Shown here piece after piece: positions 41,749-51,141 of a stretch of 64,000 bases of DNA (position 1 is its first letter; every line of letters starts with the position of its first letter). The DNA is from Callorhinchus milii (Eukaryota), in the NCBI RefSeq assembly GCF_018977255.1, contig NW_024704742.1, forward strand, positions 75,766,001-75,830,000. Reading direction: 5' to 3'. The notes under the pieces are model-generated. The model worked only from the letters and a program-made list of their open reading frames with translations, searched no databases and was not told the DNA's origin. Position numbers and translations under genes: made by a program.

Positions 41749-42584
41749 CTTTATGAAACAAGGAGGAAGATTATGTTACTGCAGTGGTTTATAGCTGAGT
41801 AAGCACTTCTCTTTTCGAATTGTGCCAATGGGAACTTTTAGGACCCAGTTGAGCAGACAGATGATTTCCTCGATTTAACATTTGAACACCAATGCAGTAC
41901 TGCACCCCCAGCACTCTACTGGATTGCCAGCCAGACTGCGAATTCAAAGTCCCGATGTGAGACTTGAACCCACAATCTACTGACTGAGAGGTGAGAGTAC
42001 TAATGGAATCAGAAGAGGCAGCAAAGGTCCTACAAAGAGAGCCTGATAGGCCCATGGGCTGATAACTGGCGAATTAAGTTTAGTACACTGAAATACAAGG
42101 TACAGTAAAACTCATACAAATTGTAAGTTGTAATAGTTGGGACCATAACATTTAATATGACTTATCTGAAATTCGAGATACAGGCAAACTGTATCAATTG
42201 TATAAAATCCGATTTAATTAATAATCTACACTGCACATGCGTAATTTAATGCAGCCGGTAAATGTGCCAGCGGTAATTCGTCACTGCCGCTGGCAGGTTT
42301 TCCCACTCTTTCTAGGTATTTCTAGAAAAATGATACCACAGGAAAATTCAAAGGGTTGCAATTTTGATCGGACAGAGATCTCAAATAATAAAATTTCAAT
42401 CTCTTGCAACGGTTCCAGTTGGGTATCTTACTCTCAGCACAAAAGAAGTCAGAAGTTCAATGAAACAAAGCAAAACCGATGAACATAGAATTAGCAAAGA
42501 AACAATTGTCATTAGTCCAATTCTAGTCCAACCAACTTACTGTACTTATTGATTGATTGTACAGCAATGCTCACCATCCACATA

Positions 42585-43215
42585 GTGAGGGTTCAATCCA
42601 GGGTGTTTGCCAGATGTCAAATCACCAACTAGTGACTATCCTCCTGGGGGGAGGGGAGAGGTAAGTGGGGTCTCCTTGAAGCTGAACTGGCCCCAAGATG
42701 ACATGTTTGGCAATGGAATGTCGGAATCGAGCCAACCCTCTGTGACGCTCTCTAGTCCGATTCCTGAGCCAGACGGGTTTCCAGTATTCCAGGACACTAC
42801 TGATGACAGCACATCGGCAGGACCTAGAAGGGCAGACCAGTCACTGGGGGCTGGGAATCATTCCACTCAGCTCCTGTTAACTCTGTAAGCCAAAGCCCGA
42901 ATGAGTAGGGTGGTCCTAGCTGGACAAACAGTGGGAAAGCTGGTCGGACAGTAATATCAATGGCAAATTATGTGGTTTTAGCTGGTTAGACTCCAGCAAT
43001 ACCCAACACACGCTCTGGGGTCCTCAAGCCTGGTCTCTTGCCAACCTGCTACTCATACTTTCTGGAATCAGGTAAACAGGATGTATCCCTCCAGGAGAGA
43101 GTGCATTCCATTCCAACAATCTATCTCTGAGATTTCCACGTATAGGTGGGATGCATGGAAATCTCAGTTTGGTTTGGATACTCCTATGCATGGGGATAGG
43201 TTTCCACATGTGTCA
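42585..43215. repeat. Unclassified dispersed repeat of about 630 bp
   Basis: Homologous pieces at about 5100-5150, 5903-6065, 26100-26283, 30905-30945, 49545-49825 and 50224-50295. Confidence 0.75.
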
Positions 43216-43308
43216 AGACAAAAAACAAATGCTCATGATTGATCAGCAATACTGAAATGCAGCCACAACCATATTTTGCTGTAATACCTATAATTTTACT
43301 GTACTTAC

Positions 43309-43398
43309 TCTGAGACCATATCGAGGGATACTCAAATACTGCAGCCACGACAACCAGGACACGATACTGACCAGGTTCACCAGAAGACCTGAAAGGAT
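43309..43398 (-). CDS. ABCG2: ABCG2 exon 14 equivalent
   Basis: 90 bp: ILSGLLVNLVSIVSWLSWLQYLSIPRYGLR; donor GTAAGT. Confidence 0.97.
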
Positions 43399-43679
43399 CT
43401 GGAGAAAATCACAAATAGTTAAAAATTTGCACATAAATGAAGACATTCGCCTGCTTTCACCATCGTTCCTGTTCAACAGTACAATGACTCAGTCAAAAGC
43501 ATTCTTGCCACTGTCTCACAAGGTTGTGGGTTGGGTTCAAGCTCCATACCTGGCCAGGAGCTCATCATAATTCAGATTAATACTTAAATGCAGTAAAGTG
43601 GAGCACCTCATTGTCACTTTCAATGAAATATATGAGCCTGTTCTGGTTAAAGATCTACAATAATAATATTAATCTGTGC

Positions 43680-45448
43680 ATTTGGTATAGTGGTTTTCAA
43701 ATTAGGGGAACATCCCAAAGAGCTTCATGGGATACATAGTAGTACTGTGTGTTTTGTGGGTGAACGTGGGTCTTGAAGGAGGCAAGGGAGAGGGTGAGGC
43801 GGAGGGACTGCGGTATGGAGTTCCAGAGGGTAGGGGCAGAGTGGCAGAAGGCCTGTCCGCCAATGGTGGGGCGGGCGAGGCGGGGGACGTGAAGCGGTTA
43901 GGTAGGGGGTTAGGAGGTTGCAGAGGTAGGGAGGAGCAAGGCCATGGAGGGCACTGCAGGTGAGGACCAGGATCTTGAAGTGCATCCTCTGTGTGATGGG
44001 AAGACAGTGGAGTTGGGCGAAGATGGGGGTGATAGGATCACGGAGCCTAGTGCACAAGATGACATGGGCTTCAGAGTTCTGGATGATCTGCAGCCTATGG
44101 AGGGAGGAGTTGTGGAGGCCAGCAAGCAGTGAGTTTGCATGGTCGAGCCTCGATGTAATGAAAGCGTGTATGAGGGTTTTGGTGGCCTGCAGTGTGAGAC
44201 AATGGCAGAGACAGGCGATGTTGCGGAGGTGGGGGAAGGCAGAGCGGGTCATGGTGCAGATGTGGGGTAGAAAGGATAGTTGAGAGTCAAACAAGACCCC
44301 AAGGTTCCGGACTGGCTTAGCAAGGTTGAGTGTGCAACCATGGATGGTGATGCTGTCAGCACCTGAGGTGAGGAGGCGCTGACGGGGGCCAATCAGGAGA
44401 GCCTCAGTCTTGTTGACATTCAATTGAAGAAAGTTAGCTCTCATCCAGGACTTGATGTCTGACAGACATTCTGTCAGTACAGCAGTGGTTGTGGAGTCGA
44501 GCTACAGTTGGGTGTCATCGCATACATGTGGAAGTTGACCCCTTGTCTGCCGATGATGTCACCAAGAGGGAGTATATAGATATTGAAGAGGAAGCGACCA
44601 AGGACAGAGTCCTGAGGAACGCCACGCGAGATGGTGGAGATGAAGTGGAGGTGGTGTGAGAGGTACGATCTGAACAAGTCAAGGACAGCGCCGTGAAGGT
44701 TGAGGAGAAAGGAGAGGTGATGGTTGCGGATATATTGGTCGACGGTGTCGAAGGCAGCAGATAGGTCAAGGAGGATGAGGAGGCAGAGGGAGCCCTGGTC
44801 GCAGATGGATAGAATGTCATTTGTCACTTTGACCAGGGCTGTTTCTGTGCTGTGGGGGGCATGGAAAGCTGATTGTAGGGGTTTGTGAAGGGAGTGGCGG
44901 GAGAGGAAGGAGCGAAGCTGGGAAGCAACAAATCATTGCATGACCTTGGAGAGGAAAAGGAGGTTGGTGATGGGGCGGTAGTTTGAGAGCAACGATGGGT
45001 CCAGGGAGGGCTTTTTTAAGGATAGGAGTGATGATGGCGGTTTTTAAAGGGGTGGAATTAGTACCAGTGGACAGGGAGAGGTTTATGATGTCAGTGAGTA
45101 GAGGGGCAAGGAGGTGGAGCCTGGTGGTAAGGAGTGGGGTAGGGATGGGGTTGAGGGAGCAGGTGTAGGTTTCATGCAGGTTATGGTGGTGGTGAGAGAG
45201 GAGTGGGAGACAGGTTCAAAGGTGTGGAAGGAGGGCTGGGTAGTGGCTGGGGTGGGAGGGGCAGATGGGGAAGGGGTAGTAGACAGAAGGGCAGAGGCAG
45301 CTGAGCGGATCCCCTCAACTTTAGATTCGCTTAAGTCCAGCATTGCCTCGCAGTTGGCATTGGAAGTGAGGATGGGCAGAGGAGCCGGTTGGTGATGGAG
45401 AAGAGCCTGGGGTTGTCCTTGGCCTCCAAGATTGTCTTGGAGTAGACT
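43680..45448 (-). mobile_element. L2-clade LINE fragment with RT domain
   Basis: LLILLDLSAAFDTVD, GVPQDSVLG, FHMYA, NFLQLNVNKTE, VRNLGVLFD and SRLDHANSLL; frameshifted. Confidence 0.92.
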
Positions 45449-45598
45449 TTACAGTATGAAGAGCTATGGGACTTCTCAACAACGTGATAAGGCTATATCA
45501 AATGCAAGGATTAGTATTATTATTAATCTAAGCAGAAACAATTGCACAGCAAGTGACCAAGAAGGTAAATAAATCACTTAATAAAGTGTGACACTTAC

Positions 45599-45753
45599 AA
45601 CCATGAAGATGAAGCACAAGGTAACCAGGAGGTTAGCAACAGCCACAACATTGTATCCTGTTGAAATAGCCAAGGCCATAGAGGTGGCTGTGGTGGACAC
45701 CTGTATTAACGTAAGCACTAGGGTGAGGAAGGCACTTACTGTTTGCTTGAGAC
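45599..45753 (-). CDS. ABCG2: ABCG2 exon 13 equivalent (TM4-5)
   Basis: 155 bp: GLKQTVSAFLTLVLTLIQVSTTATSMALAISTGYNVVAVANLLVTLCFIFMV; donor GTAAGT. Confidence 0.95.
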
Positions 45754-45948
45754 CTGCAAACGAAAAACAAGCAAGATTGGTTAACCGGATGGGAATCTCT
45801 GCTCTGTCCAGCAGTACATCGGGATACCAGCTGATAACACTGCATCAAGATAACAGCTGATAGCAATACATCAGAGTACCAGTTTATGACAAAGCACCAT
45901 TCTGCATTAACACAGAGTGTTATTTTAATTGATATCATTGGTAATTAG

Positions 45949-46970
45949 CTGGGCCAATAGAAAAGTGCGGGCGCACCTACAAATCCGCCATAATTGTAAT
46001 TTCTGGCCCGCGGGCGCTTGCGCTGTTTCCCTGACGTCCCTGTGGGCGGAGCGGCTCTGGACTTGCACGTGTGGGCTTCGCTCGGAGGCCCCGATGTTGT
46101 GATTGTCTGTTTGTGGTTGAGTCTGTCTGTGTGTGTCTCTCTGTGTCGGTGAGTGTGTGTCTCTGTGTCGGTGAGTGTGTGTCTCTCTCTGTGTCGGTGA
46201 GTGTGTCTCTCTCTGTCGGTGAGTGTGTGTCTCTGTGTGTGTCGGTGAGTGTGTGTCTCTCTCTCTCTGTGTCTGTGAGTGTCTGTCTCCATGTCTGTCC
46301 CTACCAATCTGCCCGCTCCCTCCGTTCAGTGGACTCCGGCCTGCTCCATGTCTCCCACCCGACCCTCCCTACCATCGGTGGCCGGGCTTTCAACCTCTTT
46401 GCCCCCACACTCTGGAACTCCATCCCACAGCCCTTCCCCTCACTTCCTCCCTTGCCTCCTTCAAGGCTGGTCTCAAGACCCTCCTCTCCAATCGTGCCTT
46501 CAGTCGTTCTCCCACCTCTCTGCCTTCCCTCACTCCTACCCCACCCCTACCCTATGGTCAGGTCCTGACCCCTGACTGTCCAGCGACTTGGGACATCCTC
46601 CTGACATGAAAGGCGCTCTAGAAATGTAATTTTGTTGTTGTTGTGTATCTCTGTGTCTCTCTCTCTGGATCTCTGTGTCTGTGCGCGGTGCCAGGCCTGA
46701 GACGCAGGAGATGGTGAGCTCCTGTAGCCTCGCTGGTGTGGTCCACCCAAAGTAAAATTGGCCACCCAGTTTTTGTCAAGAAGCAATTAATATTTGTTTT
46801 GCAACAATAATATGTTATTTCCTTATGTTTAGTTTTTAATCAATAAATTAAAAAAACTAGTAGTACAATGTACCTCAATAGCACCAAGCAAACCCAGCAA
46901 TTTTCCTGTGGAATTTAGCAAAGCGCTCTGCAATTTTGGGGATAATGTCTGCACTTTTCTATTGGCCCAG
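45949..46970. mobile_element. Non-autonomous DNA transposon (MITE), hAT-like
   Basis: Perfect 20-bp TIR CTGGGCCAATAGAAAAGTGC and 8-bp TSD GTAATTAG/GTAATTGG, with an L2 fragment nested inside. Truncated relatives at about 283-850 and 15790-15897. Confidence 0.88.
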
Positions 46971-47075
46971 GTAATTGGCAATGATGTCAGTCTGGCTCAG
47001 TTGGTAGCACTCTCGCCTCTGAGTCAGAAGGTTATTGTTTCATGCCATTGGACTCATACTTTGGGCTGACTCTCC

Positions 47076-47106
<31 letters not shown>

Positions 47107-47540
47107 AGCGCTTTGGGACGTCTAGAAGACGTGAAAAGCGCTATATCAAATGCAAGGATTATTATTATTAGATGGGGGATGTGTGCTGCATTGTCAGACA
47201 TACCGTCCTTTATATGAAATGTTAAACCAATGTCCCGTCCCCCAGTCAGGTGGATGTTAAAGATTTCAAGACATTACTCAAAAAGAAAACAGAGTTCCTC
47301 GTGTACCTTGACTGACAATTCCCCCTGTTAAAATTGGTCACTCACTTCATGAGGATAGTGGGAACATTGGTGTGCGCAAATTGGCTGCCTTGTTTTTGTA
47401 CAAAACACAGTCATTACACTTTACAATACATCCTGCGAAGAGCTTTGAGATGTCCTCCTGATGTAAAAAGCAATATATTATTATTGGTTATAATAATAGC
47501 ATAATCATGCTCTTGGTAGCTCGAGATTGAAATTGCTCAC

Positions 47541-47665
47541 CTATCATGAAATAGGTTACAGTTGCAAGCACTGTGGCTGGCAAAGCCCTCATTGGGATTA
47601 GATCAACCAGTAACTTTGACAAGAAATAAGCAAATATTCTGTAGTATCCACTGATATATTCATGG
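47541..47665 (-). CDS. ABCG2: ABCG2 exon 12 equivalent (TM3)
   Basis: 125 bp: HEYISGYYRIFAYFLSKLLVDLIPMRALPATVLATVTYFMIG. Confidence 0.97.
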
Positions 47666-49286
47666 CTGTGGGTAAAATAAGAAAGAGGTATAAAAATTAC
47701 TTTTAGCAAAACTGGCAAAGGAATTACTGTATATCACAACCAAACTTTTCTGCATATAACATGCCCTCCCCCATCCCCCCTATATAATACTTAGTAAAAC
47801 ATACCAAATATATTGCACAATCCCCTGCCCTTTTCTTGGGAGACAAAACACCACAATACTGTATGTAAAGCAAGGAGTTTTTTTGTTTTACTAATATGCG
47901 TCAATGATTGACACTATGCCATCTGCAGGTTGCCTGAACAAACTGTGATCACTTCACTAAAATAAAATGACGTGGTGCAACAACAAAGCCAAGACGTTGT
48001 GGGTGCTGGTACATTACATTACTGGATTTTATGTCTGATACAGAAATTAGTACATGCTAATCTAATCCATATTTTACCAGTGCAGCAATGTTTCATGAGT
48101 AAAAACTATTTACAAGTATCTATTTCTTCAAAGAATATGCTGCTGATAGTGGTAACATATGGAACTCCCTCCCTCTAACACTCTGCCCCACCCCCTCTCG
48201 ATCTGTCATTAAGTTCCTCCTACCTCTTTTAACATCCTTATGGCCTCCTCCCTCTCCCCCTCGTCCCTGTGAAGCTCTCTGAGATGTTACGCCACATGAA
48301 GGCGCTACACAAAGGTAAATTGTTGAGCAAAAACGGATTAGGCTGTCGCGTGATTAATGACAGCGGAAACTATCTTGATTTGAATGATGCAGCTGGTAAA
48401 TACGATATATGAAAGAAGCTAATGTACAAGTACTACTGTAGTTGCCGTAGAATGATTCTGAACTAACTAGCCCATGTCTTTACTTCTGTAATAGGAAGTC
48501 AGTGCTGTGTTGGATCAAAATGTGCTGTAATAATTCTTCGTGCTTATGTTGTGCCTTTTATATAGGGAATACATGCTAAAATGCTTCACAAAGACAGAGT
48601 GGGAGCCTGAGTGGGTGTGAGACAGGGGGAACGTGGCCAAAGGTCTAGTTAAATAAAGAGGTTTTTTTTGACAGATCTTGAAAGAAGAGGGAACAAACAG
48701 GTTTTCTGTTGGGACTTTTTCACTTGCTGTTATGGCATAGGGGGTTTAGTCTGAGTGGGAGCAAAGACTCCAGACATGCAGATTTTGTTCTATCATTTTT
48801 AGTTTAATTGCTACGTACATGCTGCTAGACTGTTCATCTGCTTTTTAATACATGTTAGTACATCCAGCGCCTGGAATCCACCTGGATTGGCTTGCAGAGG
48901 TAAGCAGCAGCTGCTTAAACTCCGCACCTCCAACTTATACTCTGCACCTCCAACTTGCGGAACCATCTCTCAACGTGTGCCCGAGCTGCGGACAGGAAGT
49001 TGATGGCAGTGCTCTCACGCATTTCACACTAGTTTTTAGATTACTGAGTTCTTGTAACCATGCACTGACTGATTCTGTGTTCTAATTAATGCTGAGAAGC
49101 CAGGTAAACACTTCCCAGTCAACAATAACTTATCATCTGTCAGCTGTCATCTCCAGCTGGTGTTGTCTTTACAACACCATTCAAGTAACCAGTATGTTTT
49201 AGCGCCAAGAGGGCGAACATCTGCAATCACTAATGAAAAGCTTGGATTTTGAGCCTTTAGTGAATTGTAAAATAAAAAGCCCTTAC

Positions 49287-49376
49287 ATGAAAATCTTCTT
49301 TTCTATGACGAACAGTTCAATAGCAGATAGACTGCTAAAACACAGGTTGGTGGTCATAAAAAACAACGCCCCGACT
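49287..49376 (-). CDS. ABCG2: ABCG2 exon 11 equivalent (TM2)
   Basis: 90 bp: VGALFFMTTNLCFSSLSAIELFVIEKKIFI; donor GTAAGG. Confidence 0.96.
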
Positions 49377-51141
49377 CTGTGAAAAGAAAATAAGAATGTT
49401 AAAATATTCCACTTTTAAATACTTCATTCCCAATTTAGCATATTTCAATAACTTCCATAAAAGATGGAAAAGAATGAAGGACAGACACACTTCAAGCAAT
49501 GTAAGCACTGACATTTTTATACTGTAAGCTGTATAAAGGGCTCAAACTCGCACTTATGACCAACTAGTTGACTATACTGTGGGGGTGTAAGCGAGGTCTC
49601 CTTGGAGCTGAACTGACAATGGAATGTCAGAAACGAACCAGCCGGTGGTAGTCTCAGTAGTCCGGTTCCTGAGCCGGATGGGTCCGCAGCATTCCAGGGC
49701 ACTGCTGAATTACAGCCCAGCCAGCCTGGCAGAACTTGGGAGGGGCAGACCAGTCATTGGGATTTTTCCCATTCAGGTCCTGTTAATCCTACAAGCCAAA
49801 GCCCTAATGCGTAGGGTGATACTAGAAACAGAAATCTACAACTCACTAGGCCATTTGGCCCATAAAGTCCACACTATCATCCCACTTTATCCTCAAAACC
49901 CCTTCAAGCCCCTCTCTTTCAAATGTCCAGCCACCTCCTTCTTGCAAGCTACAATGGAGTCCGCCTTCACCTCCTATTTGGGAGGGCATTCCACATTTCA
50001 ACCACTCTCTGGGTACAAAATTCCTCCTCCTAAGTTCTCCTTTCACTCCTCTTGTGGCTATCTTATAACTATGGCCCAGTTACTGACTCCCCTCTCAGTG
50101 GAAATAACTTCTCTCTATCTGCCCTAACAAAAACCCTCATGATTTCCAGTGACTTCTACCTCCTCTCGAATTGAAAGGTGCTGCACAAATGTAATTTGTT
50201 GTTGCTGTTATTTTTTGTATATCTCTAGCTGGACAAGCAGTGGGAAAGTTTGCCAAATAATGCTTTCAATGGCAAGCTATGTGCTTTACAGTGGCGGAGT
50301 CCGTCAATGAGCCAGGCAGAGAGGGAGCGGGGGAGATGACCGTAAGCATGATCAAAAAGGAAGGTCTTTGGGCCGGACTTTTACAGGGATGAGAAAGTAT
50401 GAGAAATTGGCTGACCAAAAAATAGCTGAAAAGCTGTCGGTAGCTCAGTACTGCTGACTAAACTTGGCTGGTAGCTTAGTTGGTAGCATTCTTGCCTGAG
50501 TCAGAAGGCTGTGGGTTTAAGGCTTTGAGCTCATAGTCTCGGCTGACACTTCAGTGCAGTATTGGGAAGCCCTGCATTGTCAGAGGTGCTTTCAGATGAG
50601 ACATTTAAACCAAGGTCCTGTTGAGGTGGACGTAAAAAATCCCATGGCACTCCTTGAAAAGAGGTGGGTGTTTTCCCAGAGTTCTGGCCAGCAATGCTCC
50701 ATTTTTCTGCTCATCTCTTCCTTGTGACTATCTTGGACTTGCTGTGTGTACTCTGTCCCCTCCACTCCACCATTGGTGGCTGACTTTTCAACCACTATGC
50801 CCCATAATGTCTGGAACTTCTTCCTTCTACCTCTCCGTTTTGCCCCCACCCATCTGTCTGTCCTTAAATGTTGTCTAAAAACCTACCTTTGACCCGAGAG
50901 TCACAGCCCTTTCCACCTCATCCTTTCCTTGGTGTCTGACCCTATCTTTATAAAGCTCATCAAGCTATTATCTTACAATGAATGAAGGGTGCCATATTAA
51001 TACACACTGTTATACTGCTTTTATAGGATCATTAGAGGTGACATAGCAGGAAGACTTCCAAATTCTCAGTAAAATGGAATTGAACCATTGGTCCCAGAGG
51101 TGAAGGATACTATACTACACCAACTCGTCCATCTATCCATA

